Below are positions 1 through 8,244 of a DNA stretch of 32,000 nucleotides, one piece after another (the first letter of the stretch is position 1; each line of letters opens with the position of its first letter). The stretch is from positions 4,740,001 to 4,772,000 of the forward strand of contig NZ_LN831039.1 of assembly GCF_001457595.1 (NCBI RefSeq), written 5' to 3'. The notes beneath the pieces are model-generated. The model searched no databases. It was not told where the DNA came from and worked only from the letters and a program-made list of their open reading frames with translations. A program made the position numbers and the translations under genes. The DNA comes from Mycolicibacterium smegmatis (lineage in GTDB: Bacteria > Actinomycetota > Actinomycetes > Mycobacteriales > Mycobacteriaceae).

Positions 1-219
1 GAGGTGAGCTACACCGACGCGGTGCGGGCCGGGATCTACACGCCGCTGGGCACCGGGGACATCGACATCTCCGGCATCGTCTCGGTGCTGCGCGACAACG
101 GTTTCGACGGCTGGTTCGTGATGGAGCAGGACACGATCCTCGATACCGAACCCACCGACGAGGGTCCGCTGCGCGACGTCCGCACGAGCGTCGCCTACCT
201 CGGTACGCTGACGGCATGA
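1..219 (+). CDS. C-terminal fragment of a xylose-isomerase-like TIM-barrel protein (sugar phosphate isomerase/epimerase, IolE-like); 5' end lies outside the window
   Basis: The open frame runs from the window edge. The tail ...GDIDISGIVSVLRDNGFDGWFVMEQD... is typical of the last strands of AP-endonuclease-2/xylose-isomerase-like barrels. The stop overlaps the next start (ATGA at 216-219). Confidence 0.6.
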   Translation, partial: EVSYTDAVRAGIYTPLGTGDIDISGIVSVLRDNGFDGWFVMEQDTILDTEPTDEGPLRDVRTSVAYLGTLTA

Positions 220-1208
220 CCGGACTTCGCATCGGGATCCTCGGCGCGTCCCGCATCGCCGAGAAGGCCATCGTGGGACCGGCCGAGGATCTCGGACACC
301 GACTGGTGGCCGTCGCCGCGCGGGACCGGCGCCGCGCCGAGGCGTTCGCCGAGAAGTACGGGGTCCAACGCGTACTGGACTCCTACCGCGATGTGGTCGA
401 GGACCCTGACGTCGACATGGTCTACAACCCGCTGGCCAACGGACTGCATGCGCCGTGGAACCTCGCGGCGATCGCGGCAGGAAAGCCGGTGCTGAGCGAG
501 AAACCGTTCGCGCGCAACGAGTCCGAGGCCGCCACGGTCGCACGGGCGGCCCGCGACGCCGGGGTGCCGGTGCTGGAAGGCTTCCACTACCACTTCCACC
601 CGGTGACGCAGCGCGCGTTCGCCGTTGCCGCAGGCGGCGAGCTGGGCGAGATCACGCGCGTCGAGGTGCGGATGGCGATGCCCTCCCCCGCCGACGACGA
701 CCCGCGGTGGTCGCTGGACCTCGCAGGCGGTGCGGTCATGGATCTTGGCTGCTACGGCATTCACGTCATGCGTGCGCTGGGCGCCATGCGCGTCGACGGT
801 CTCGGCGGCGAGCCCAAGGTACTGGGCGCGCGGGCCGAGGAACGCACGCCGGGTGTGGACGCCTGGTGCGAGGTCGACTTCGTCTTCCCCGAGGGCGGCA
901 CCGGTGTCAGCACCAATTCGATGGTGGCCGACGACTACTCGTTCACCATCACGATCACCGGTAGCGACGGCGAGGCCGTGGTGCACGACTTCATCCGGCC
1001 GAATCTCGACGATCGCCTCACGGTGATGACCGGATCCGGTGTCCGCGTCGAGCATTTGGGCACGCGGCCGTCGTACACCTACCAACTGGAGGCGTTCGCC
1101 GCGCACGTGCGCGACGGCGCACCGCTGCCGTTCGGTGTCGACGACGCCGTGACCAACATGGCGTTCGTCGACAAGGCGTACCGGGCGGCGGGGTTGGCGC
1201 CGCGATGA
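216..1208 (+). CDS. Gfo/Idh/MocA family NAD(P)-dependent oxidoreductase
   Basis: 330 aa. The N-terminal Rossmann motif is RIGILGASRIAEKA, followed by the EKP motif (LSEKPFA). It is ATGA-coupled to both neighbours. Confidence 0.85.
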   Translation: MTGLRIGILGASRIAEKAIVGPAEDLGHRLVAVAARDRRRAEAFAEKYGVQRVLDSYRDVVEDPDVDMVYNPLANGLHAPWNLAAIAAGKPVLSEKPFARNESEAATVARAARDAGVPVLEGFHYHFHPVTQRAFAVAAGGELGEITRVEVRMAMPSPADDDPRWSLDLAGGAVMDLGCYGIHVMRALGAMRVDGLGGEPKVLGARAEERTPGVDAWCEVDFVFPEGGTGVSTNSMVADDYSFTITITGSDGEAVVHDFIRPNLDDRLTVMTGSGVRVEHLGTRPSYTYQLEAFAAHVRDGAPLPFGVDDAVTNMAFVDKAYRAAGLAPR

Positions 1209-1981
1209 GCTTCGATTTGGCGGTGTGCGCCGAGATGGTGTTCACCGATCTCGACATCGTCGAACGCGTGCGCCGTATCTCGGATCTGGGCTTCGCCGTG
1301 GAGATCTGGAGCTTCGCCGACAAGGACACCGATGCCCTCGCCGCCACGGGAGCGAAGTTCTCGTCGATGACGGGATACCTGCACGGCGATCTCTACGACC
1401 CCGACGGTGCGCGCGAGGTGGTGCGCACCGCCCAGGGGGCCGTGAAAGCCGCTGAGGTGCTTGGTGTTCCGCGACTCGTCGTGCATCCCGGCGAACTGGT
1501 GAACGGGCAGGCCGCCCGGCCCCGGCAGCGTGTGACCGGCGACATGTGGCTCGCGGCGCTGCGGGGCCTGGAGGCGCTGGGTGAACTGGGTGCCGACGCC
1601 GGTGTGACGTTCTGCCTGGAGAACCTCAACACGATCGTCGACCACCCCGGCGTGCCGCTGGCCCGCGCCAAGGACACGCTGGCCCTCATCGAAGGTGTCG
1701 GGCATCCGAACGTCAAGATGATGCTGGACCTCTACCACGCCCAGATCGGTGAGGGGAACCTCGTCGAGCTGGTGCGCCGCGCGGGCCCGGCGATCGGTGA
1801 GATCCAGGTGGCCGACGTTCCGGGACGCTGCGAACCCGGCACGGGCGAGATCCACTACCCCGCCATCGCGAAGGCGTTGCGCGACAGCGGATACCGCGGC
1901 ACCGTGGGGATGGAGGCCTACGCCAGTGGCGACAGCGTCGCGGCGTTGGAGGCGTTCCGGGCAGCCTTCACACTGCCGTAG
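1205..1981 (+). CDS. Hydroxypyruvate-isomerase-like TIM-barrel protein (possible inosose isomerase type)
   Basis: 258 aa. The pattern ...CLENLN...HPGVPL...KMMLDLYHAQIGEGN...GEIQVADVPGR.EPGTGEI.Y matches the Hyi/IolI-type sugar isomerase barrel. The start overlaps the upstream stop (ATGA). Confidence 0.8.
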   Translation: MSFDLAVCAEMVFTDLDIVERVRRISDLGFAVEIWSFADKDTDALAATGAKFSSMTGYLHGDLYDPDGAREVVRTAQGAVKAAEVLGVPRLVVHPGELVNGQAARPRQRVTGDMWLAALRGLEALGELGADAGVTFCLENLNTIVDHPGVPLARAKDTLALIEGVGHPNVKMMLDLYHAQIGEGNLVELVRRAGPAIGEIQVADVPGRCEPGTGEIHYPAIAKALRDSGYRGTVGMEAYASGDSVAALEAFRAAFTLP

Positions 1982-1984
1982 GGA

Positions 1985-3070
1985 TCAGTAGCGGGCGTCG
2001 CCGGCCAGCAGCGCCGGGAACACCGTCGAGGTCTCCCCGTCGACGGTGGTACCCGCGAACTGCAGGGACGCACGCACCTCGCCGTTGACCTCGGCGGGAT
2101 AGCTCAGCACCGGCGCCGACGCCTCGTCGAGCAGCTTGAGTTGCTCGGAGGTGAGTTCGACGCCGAGCGCCTCCACGTTCGACTCGAGGTGCTCCATGCG
2201 CCGCGCGCCGATGATCGGGACGACGGTGCCGGGCCGCGCCCGCAGCCACGCCAACGCCACTGCGGCCGAGCTGGTTTCGAGTTCGTCGGCGATGCCTGCG
2301 ACCGCCTCGATGACGTCGAAATCCGACTCGGAGGGGCCGCCGCCGACGAAGGCCGCCCTGGCCGAGTCGACGGCTGCGGAGTCGCGCCGGTACTTGCCGG
2401 ACAGAAACCCGTTCTTCAGCGGACTCCACGGCACCAGCGCGATGCCCTGATCCTGCGCGAACGGGGCCACTTCACTTTCGACCGTGCGGGCCAGCAGCGA
2501 GTACTCGACCTGCAGCGCGATCAGCGGCGTCCATCCCCGCAGCATCGCCATGGTCTGCGCCTGTGCGGTGACCCACGCCGGCGTGTTGGAGAAGCCGATG
2601 TAGCGCACCGTGCCCGCCCGCACGAGATCGTCGAGGGTGCGCATGGTCTCCTCGATGGGCGTGTTGCGGTCCCAGTTGTGCAACCAGTACACGTCGAGGT
2701 AGTCGGTCTGCAGACGGCGCAGCGTGTCGTGCAACTGGTGCAGGATGGACGAGCGGCCCGCCCCGCCGCCGTTGGGGTCGCCGGGGAACATGTTGCCGAA
2801 GAACTTCGAGGCCAGCACCACGTGCTGACGGCGGCCCGGGGTGCGGGCGAAGAAGTCTCCGAGGATCTTCTCGGAGTGACCGTTGGTGTAGAAGTTCGCG
2901 GTGTCGATGAAGTTGCCGCCGCGGTCGAGGTAGGCCGACAGGATGCGCTCGGAGTTCTCCACCGAGGTTCCGACGGCACCGAAATCCTCTCCGAAAGTCA
3001 TCGCGCCGAGCGCGAACGGGCTGACCCGAAGGCCTGATCTGCCGAGGGTGACGTACTGGTCGAGAGTCAT
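1985..3070 (-). CDS. Aldo/keto reductase
   Basis: 361 aa. The N-terminus LGRSGLRVSPFALGAMTFG, GGNFIDTANFY and LDVYWLHNWD are AKR signatures. Confidence 0.9.
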   Translation of the reverse strand: MTLDQYVTLGRSGLRVSPFALGAMTFGEDFGAVGTSVENSERILSAYLDRGGNFIDTANFYTNGHSEKILGDFFARTPGRRQHVVLASKFFGNMFPGDPNGGGAGRSSILHQLHDTLRRLQTDYLDVYWLHNWDRNTPIEETMRTLDDLVRAGTVRYIGFSNTPAWVTAQAQTMAMLRGWTPLIALQVEYSLLARTVESEVAPFAQDQGIALVPWSPLKNGFLSGKYRRDSAAVDSARAAFVGGGPSESDFDVIEAVAGIADELETSSAAVALAWLRARPGTVVPIIGARRMEHLESNVEALGVELTSEQLKLLDEASAPVLSYPAEVNGEVRASLQFAGTTVDGETSTVFPALLAGDARY

Positions 3071-3211
3071 CGAAGTGCTCCTTCATCAAGGGAATTGGAT
3101 GACTCCATACAACCCCGCGCGGAGATCGGGCGGTAGCGCGATACTCTCGAACTCTTGCACAATCCTGCTGATTTCTCGACGATCAGGCGGATCGGATGAT
3201 TGGGTGAGGGC

Positions 3212-4123
3212 ATGCAGACCGAGCGAGAACTGCTGACCGAGATCTGCGAGCGCATCGACAGACATGCGCGCGGCGACATGCACACACGCATCGACGGCCT
3301 GCTGCTGTCGAAGGCGGCCGGATCGTCGCGACCCGACTACACGGTGACCGAACCGCTTCTGGTGGTGATGGCCCGGGGCGGCAAGCGCATCATGGTCGGC
3401 GACGAGGTCTACGAATACCGCACCGGTGAGATGCTGATCGTCACCGCAAGCCTGCCCGTCACGGGGCACTACCTGGAGACGGACCAGCCGTCGCTGGGCA
3501 TGGGGCTGGAGTTGCGCCCGGCCGCGCTGGCCGAACTGGCGCTGCGCGCGCCGGCCCGCCCCGCACTGCGCACCGGTTCGGCCGGGTCCGCGATCGCCGT
3601 CGGGAACGCCGACGCCGAGATGCTCGATGCCGCAGCGCGACTGCTGCGGCTGCTCGACCGTCCGGATGACGCACCGGTGCTCGCGCCACTGGTCGAGCAG
3701 GAAATCCTATGGCGTCTGCTCACCGGGCCGCACGGCGACACAGTGCGCCAGATCGCGCTCGCCGACAGCGCCCTGACCTACATCAACCGCGCGATCACCT
3801 GGATGCGGGACAACTATGCGAGCCCCGTGCGGATCGAGGACCTCGCGCGGATGGCGGGCATGAGCACCTCGGTGTTCCACCGCCACTTCCGTGCCGTGAC
3901 GGCCATGAGCCCCCTGCAGTTCCAGAAGCGGATCCGATTGCAGCAGGCCAGGTCTCTGCTCGTCTCACAACCCGGTGACGTCGCCGCGGTCGCGCACCTC
4001 GTCGGCTATGACAGCGCGTCGCAGTTCACCCGCGAGTACCGGCGCATGTTCGGCGCCCCACCCGGACAGGACGCGGCCCGGCTGCGCGCGGCACACGCCG
4101 CCGAGCCCGCGCTCCTGCCCTGA
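3212..4123 (+). CDS. AraC family transcriptional regulator (AraC_N-type sensor domain plus C-terminal HTH)
   Basis: The C-terminus IEDLARMAGMSTSVFHRHFRAVTAMSPLQFQKRIRLQQAR...GYDSASQFTREYRRMFG is a canonical AraC double HTH. ATG 3212 is preferred over TTG 3200 because of a GAGGG Shine-Dalgarno at 3206-3210. It is divergent from the AKR gene. Confidence 0.85.
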   Translation: MQTERELLTEICERIDRHARGDMHTRIDGLLLSKAAGSSRPDYTVTEPLLVVMARGGKRIMVGDEVYEYRTGEMLIVTASLPVTGHYLETDQPSLGMGLELRPAALAELALRAPARPALRTGSAGSAIAVGNADAEMLDAAARLLRLLDRPDDAPVLAPLVEQEILWRLLTGPHGDTVRQIALADSALTYINRAITWMRDNYASPVRIEDLARMAGMSTSVFHRHFRAVTAMSPLQFQKRIRLQQARSLLVSQPGDVAAVAHLVGYDSASQFTREYRRMFGAPPGQDAARLRAAHAAEPALLP

Positions 4124-4131
4124 AAACGCCA

Positions 4132-4189
4132 CGAGCGTGGGCCCTGTGCACGCTTCTGCGGGAATTTCCGTGCACAGGACCCACGCTCG
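4132..4189. terminator. Long imperfect hairpin (20 of 21 bp paired, 16-nt loop) between the convergent AraC and ABC-ATPase genes; candidate bidirectional terminator
   Basis: The arm cgagcgtgggccctgtgcacg (4132-4152) pairs with cgtgcacaggacccacgctcg (4169-4189), with a single C/A mismatch. There is no U-tract. Confidence 0.45.
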
Positions 4190-4197
4190 GCGGGTGT

Positions 4198-5016
4198 CTA
4201 CTTGCGGCCCAATTCGTGGCTCAGCGCCTCGAGTTCGTTGCCGCCTGCCATCTCCTGTGTGAGGGTCTCCAGCGAGATCTCGTCGTAGGTGCAGTCCAGC
4301 TTCTGCCGCCCACGGTTGAGCAGGATGAAATGGTCACCGACCATGTACGCGTGGTGCGGGTTGTGCGTGATGAAGATGACGCCGAACCCCTGCTCCTTGG
4401 CAGCGGTGATGTACCGCAGCACCATTCCCGACTGCTTGACGCCGAGTGCGGCCGTCGGCTCGTCGAGGATCAGCACGCGCGCACCGAAGAAGATGGCCCG
4501 CGCGATCGCCACGCACTGACGCTGACCACCCGAGAGCGACCCGATGGGCGCGTCGACGTCGGGCAGGTCGATGCCCATCTTCTGCAGTTCCGAGATGGTG
4601 GTCGCACGCATGCCGTTGATGTCGAGTGACCTCAGGATGTTCTTCTTGCGCAGTTCGTTGCCCAGGAAGAAGTTGCGCCACACCGGCATCAGCGACACCA
4701 CGGCGAGGTCCTGGTACACCGTGGCGATGCCTGCGTTCAACGCGTCCTTGGGGGATTCGAACACCGTGGGCTTGCCGTCGATGAGCACCTCGCCCTCGGT
4801 CGGCTTGTGCAGGCCCGCGATGATCTTGATCAGCGTCGACTTGCCCGCGCCGTTGTCACCCAGCACGCACGTGACCTCGCCCGCGCCCACGCGCAGGTTG
4901 ATGTCCTTGAGCGCGATGATGTTCCCGTAGCTCTTGCCGACGCCTTTGAACTCGACCAGTGGCACGGCACCACCCGACGGGGTCTCGGCGATCGGGGCCT
5001 CAGCGGTCGTACTCAT
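4198..5016 (-). CDS. Sugar ABC transporter ATP-binding protein (single nucleotide-binding domain, CUT2-like)
   Basis: 272 aa with Walker [10 protein letters not shown], signature LSGGQRQ and Walker [11 protein letters not shown]. Confidence 0.9.
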   Translation of the reverse strand: MSTTAEAPIAETPSGGAVPLVEFKGVGKSYGNIIALKDINLRVGAGEVTCVLGDNGAGKSTLIKIIAGLHKPTEGEVLIDGKPTVFESPKDALNAGIATVYQDLAVVSLMPVWRNFFLGNELRKKNILRSLDINGMRATTISELQKMGIDLPDVDAPIGSLSGGQRQCVAIARAIFFGARVLILDEPTAALGVKQSGMVLRYITAAKEQGFGVIFITHNPHHAYMVGDHFILLNRGRQKLDCTYDEISLETLTQEMAGGNELEALSHELGRK

Positions 5017-5020
5017 CTAC

Positions 5021-6079
5021 TCACCTCTTCGCCGCGTAGTTGCGCACGACGTTGTTGGCGACGACCGCGAACAACAACATCGCACCCAGGAAGAACTTGA
5101 ACCAGTCGGGGTTCCAACCGGCGTACACGATGCCCTGGTTGGTCATGCCGAAGATCAGCGCGCCGATCAGCGTGCCGATCGCGGTGCCGTACCCACCGGT
5201 GAGCAGGCAGCCGCCGATCACCGCGGCGATGATGTAGAAGAACTCGTTGCCGACGCCCTGACCGGACTGGATCGTGTTGAACGAGAACAGCAGATGCATG
5301 CCGACGAACCAGGCGCAGAACCCGACGACCATGAACAGGCCGATCTTGACCTTGGTCACCGGGACACCGACCGCGCGGGCGCTGTCCTGGTTGCCGCCGA
5401 CGGCGAAGATCCAGTTGCCGATGCGGGTCTTGAACAGCACGTAGGTGGCGATGAGGGTGAACAGGATCCACCACAGCACCGTGATTCTCACGTCGATCGG
5501 TCCGACCTTGATCACCGATGCGAAAACCGTCCGGCCCGAATCGAAGCCCTGCATGTCGGACACGCTGGGCGTGGCGACCTGACCCGACAGCAGCTTGGTG
5601 ACCGCCAGGTTGATGCCTGCGAGCATGAAGAACGTGCCGAGCGTGATGAGGAACGACGGGATCTTGGTCCGCATCACCAGGAAGCCGTTGAAGAACCCGA
5701 CGGCCAGCGACAGCACGAGCGCCAGCGCGGCGCCCACCCACAGGTTCAGGTGCAGGTTGTAGGCCAGCATCGAGGCCGCCAGCGAACTGGTGGTGACCGC
5801 GACGCCGGCGGACAGGTCGAACTCGCCGCCGATCATCAAAAGGCCCACGCCGACGGCCATGATGCCGATGGTCGAACTCGCGTACAGCACCGTGGCCATC
5901 GACTCCGGCGAGCGGAACGGCGGCGCGACGATGAGGAACAGGATGAAGATGGCGATGGCACCCACCGCAGCGCCCATTTCGGGGCGGATGATCAGGCGCT
6001 GCAGCTTGTTCTGTTCCTTGACGCGTTCGTCGTGAACGACCTTGTGCGACTCAAGGTCCAGATCTGCCTGGGTACTCAT
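5021..6079 (-). CDS. Sugar ABC transporter permease (ribose/xylose-type, CUT2)
   Basis: 352 aa and strongly hydrophobic with about 9-10 predicted TM segments. The layout is typical of RbsC/XylH-like permeases. It lies 4 nt upstream of the ATPase gene. Confidence 0.88.
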   Translation of the reverse strand: MSTQADLDLESHKVVHDERVKEQNKLQRLIIRPEMGAAVGAIAIFILFLIVAPPFRSPESMATVLYASSTIGIMAVGVGLLMIGGEFDLSAGVAVTTSSLAASMLAYNLHLNLWVGAALALVLSLAVGFFNGFLVMRTKIPSFLITLGTFFMLAGINLAVTKLLSGQVATPSVSDMQGFDSGRTVFASVIKVGPIDVRITVLWWILFTLIATYVLFKTRIGNWIFAVGGNQDSARAVGVPVTKVKIGLFMVVGFCAWFVGMHLLFSFNTIQSGQGVGNEFFYIIAAVIGGCLLTGGYGTAIGTLIGALIFGMTNQGIVYAGWNPDWFKFFLGAMLLFAVVANNVVRNYAAKR

Positions 6080-6081
6080 GG

Positions 6082-7071
6082 CTAGCGCGTCCCGTTCTTG
6101 GCGTACTCGGCGACCGCGTCGATGTTCGACTTGTCGATGAACGACGGGCCGGTCAGGGTCGGCTGGTTACCGCCGATCACGTTGCCGTTGTTGAGGTAGA
6201 GCCACAGCGAGTCGACCGCGAGGTAACCCTGCAGGAACGGCTGCTGGTCGACGGCCCACTGCACGTCGCCGTTCTGGATGGCGTCCACGAGCGCGGCATT
6301 GGTGTCGAACGTCGCGATCTTGGCCTGGCTGCCCGCGTTCTTGGCCGACTGCACGGCGGTGAGCGCGAACGGCGCGCCCAGGGTCAGAATCGTGTCGATC
6401 GCGGGATCCTGCTGCAGCTTGGCGGTGATGGTCGACTCGACCGACGGCATGTCCTTGCCGTTGACGTTGAGCACCTCACTGGCCGGGAACGTGTTCTTCA
6501 CGCCGGCACAACGAGCTTCGAGGTCGACGTGGCCCTGCTCCTGGATGACGCAGATGACCTTCTTGGCGCCCTCGGCGGCCAGGCGCTTGCCCGCCTCCTG
6601 TCCGGCGATGTAGCCGTCCTGGCCGAAGTACTCCTTGACGCCCATGCCCTGCCAGGCATCCAGACCCGCGTTGAACGCCACCACCGGGATGCCCTTGTCG
6701 GTCGCGTTCTGCACGGCAGGCTTCATCGCGTCGGGCTTGGCGAGCGTGACAGCGATGCCGTCGACGCCACTGTCCACCGCGCTCTGCACGTGGTTGGCCT
6801 GGTTGGGCGCCTCCGGATCCGACGAGTACCGCAGTTCGATGTTGTCCTTCTTCGCGGCGGCCTCGGCGCCCTTGCGCACGAGATCCCAGAAGGAGTCACC
6901 CGGAACCTCGTGGGTGATCATCGCGACGGTGAACCGCGGGGTGTCGGCGGTGCCCGCACCCATGTCACCCCCGCCGCTGCTGTCCGGCTTGCCCCCGGTG
7001 CTGGAGCACGCGCTGGCGCCCAGCATGAGTACGCCTACCCCGGCAGCCGCCACGAGCCGACTCAACCTCAT
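6082..7071 (-). CDS. Periplasmic-type sugar-binding lipoprotein of the ABC transporter
   Basis: Start chosen at MRLSRLVAAAGVGVLMLGASAC (signal peptide plus lipobox LGASAC), preceded by GAGGAGAAACA-ATG. The body is RbsB/PBP1-like (VAMITHEVPGDSFWD..., IPVVAFNAG). The upstream ATG at 7161 would add a non-signal extension. Confidence 0.85.
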   Translation of the reverse strand: MRLSRLVAAAGVGVLMLGASACSSTGGKPDSSGGGDMGAGTADTPRFTVAMITHEVPGDSFWDLVRKGAEAAAKKDNIELRYSSDPEAPNQANHVQSAVDSGVDGIAVTLAKPDAMKPAVQNATDKGIPVVAFNAGLDAWQGMGVKEYFGQDGYIAGQEAGKRLAAEGAKKVICVIQEQGHVDLEARCAGVKNTFPASEVLNVNGKDMPSVESTITAKLQQDPAIDTILTLGAPFALTAVQSAKNAGSQAKIATFDTNAALVDAIQNGDVQWAVDQQPFLQGYLAVDSLWLYLNNGNVIGGNQPTLTGPSFIDKSNIDAVAEYAKNGTR

Positions 7072-7169
7072 TGTTTCTCCTCGCTTCGACGTCACCGCGG
7101 CGCTGGGATCATGCCAGAGGGGCCAGCGACACGGCCTCGCTGTCGATGTAATACCGCTCACATCGGAAA

Positions 7170-7191
7170 GTCAATACTTTGTTATGACATT
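7170..7191 (-). promoter_or_regulatory. Candidate IolR-type operator overlapping a TTGAC -35-like hexamer upstream of the ABC importer operon
   Basis: Read on the minus strand it is AATGTCATAACAAAGTATTGAC. This matches the box at 8131-8152 at 20 of 22 positions. It lies about 100 nt upstream of the lipoprotein start in a locally AT-rich gap. Confidence 0.5.
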
Positions 7192-7310
7192 AGGACTGCA
7201 GGTCAAAGTTTGCCCAGCATGGCGGCGCACATGACGACCAACGCCGTCCGACCCCAGCGCGATTCACGGATCACTCTGGGCTGCAGTATTTTTGAACGTA
7301 AAGATCCGGA

Positions 7311-8102
7311 CTACCGGTCGACGAGGGTGGTGTCGAAGTAGTAGCGCGACGCACGGTAGGCGTGGCTCCCGTACTCCACGATTCGCCCGGAATCGTCGAA
7401 CGCGGTCCGCTCCATCACCAGCAGCGGCGCCTTGGGCTTCTCGTCCAGCAGGCGCGCCTCCTCACGGTCGGCGGCCTTGGCGCCGATGCGCTGGCGCGCC
7501 AACCGGATGTGCACGCCGCGTGCCCGCAGCGACTGGTAGAGCCCGGATCTCGCCAGCTCGTCCTCGTCGGGGGCCAGCGCGGCGGGCAGATAGTTGGTCA
7601 TGAGTGCGAGCGGTTGCCCGTTCGACGAACGCAGCCTGCGCATGTAGGCGATCTCGCTGCCCGGTTCGATGCTCAACCGCTCGGCGATGTCGGCCTGCGC
7701 GGGTCTGCGCGTGTACTCGAGGACCTCGGTGGCCGGCTCCTGGCCGGCACGCGCGAGATCGTCGTAGAGGCTGGTGAGTTCGACCGGCCGGTGCACGGGG
7801 GTCTGCACCACCTGGGTGCCGACCCCGCGCTTGCGCACCAGCAATCCCTTGTCGACCAGTTCCTGGATGGCGCGCCGCGTGGTCGGCCGGGACAGGTTGA
7901 GCCGGCTCGCGAGCGCGAGTTCGTTCTCGAACCGGTCCCCAGGCTTGAGTTGTCCATCGAGGATGGCCTTTTCGAACACCTGGGCCACCTGGAAATACAG
8001 GGGCACGGGGCTCGAACGGTCAAGTTCGACAGACAGCGTCGGGGTCACTCTCGCTCCGATCCTCGAGGCTCGTTCCGGCGGATCCACCGATGGTGAGTTC
8101 AT
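7311..8102 (-). CDS. GntR family (HutC subfamily, UTRA effector domain) transcriptional regulator, IolR-like
   Basis: Start chosen at MNSPSVDPP (ATG 8102). The winged HTH is PLYFQVAQVFEKAILDGQLKPGDRFENELALASRLNLSRPTTRRAIQELVDKGLLVRKRGVGTQV. The C-terminal UTRA-like part is ...SIEPGSEIAYMRRLR...MTNYLP.... The 371-aa version of the ORF runs across the divergent promoter region. Confidence 0.85.
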   Translation of the reverse strand: MNSPSVDPPERASRIGARVTPTLSVELDRSSPVPLYFQVAQVFEKAILDGQLKPGDRFENELALASRLNLSRPTTRRAIQELVDKGLLVRKRGVGTQVVQTPVHRPVELTSLYDDLARAGQEPATEVLEYTRRPAQADIAERLSIEPGSEIAYMRRLRSSNGQPLALMTNYLPAALAPDEDELARSGLYQSLRARGVHIRLARQRIGAKAADREEARLLDEKPKAPLLVMERTAFDDSGRIVEYGSHAYRASRYYFDTTLVDR

Positions 8103-8130
8103 AGCGTACCTGCAAATGACTGGAAGTAAG

Positions 8131-8152
8131 AATGTCAGAACAAAGTCTTGAC
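8131..8152 (+). promoter_or_regulatory. Candidate IolR-type operator overlapping a perfect TTGACA hexamer in the divergent iolR/iolC intergenic region
   Basis: AATGTCAGAACAAAGTCTTGAC is followed by A, giving TTGACA at 8148-8153. It is 20/22 identical to the reverse complement of 7170-7191 and has the same orientation relative to its downstream operon. Confidence 0.5.
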
Positions 8153-8244
8153 AGACGAACGTGGCGGGGAGCACAGTCGAAGCGATGCCCGGCGCGTGTA
8201 CTCCGCCCGGGCTCGCAGGCGCACACCCCGATCTGGAGTCAATC

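Noticed and set aside
4934-6085. 383-aa plus-strand ORF
   Set aside because: It is antisense to the ABC permease. The sequence is highly charged (Asp/Arg/Glu/His-rich) and has no motif support.
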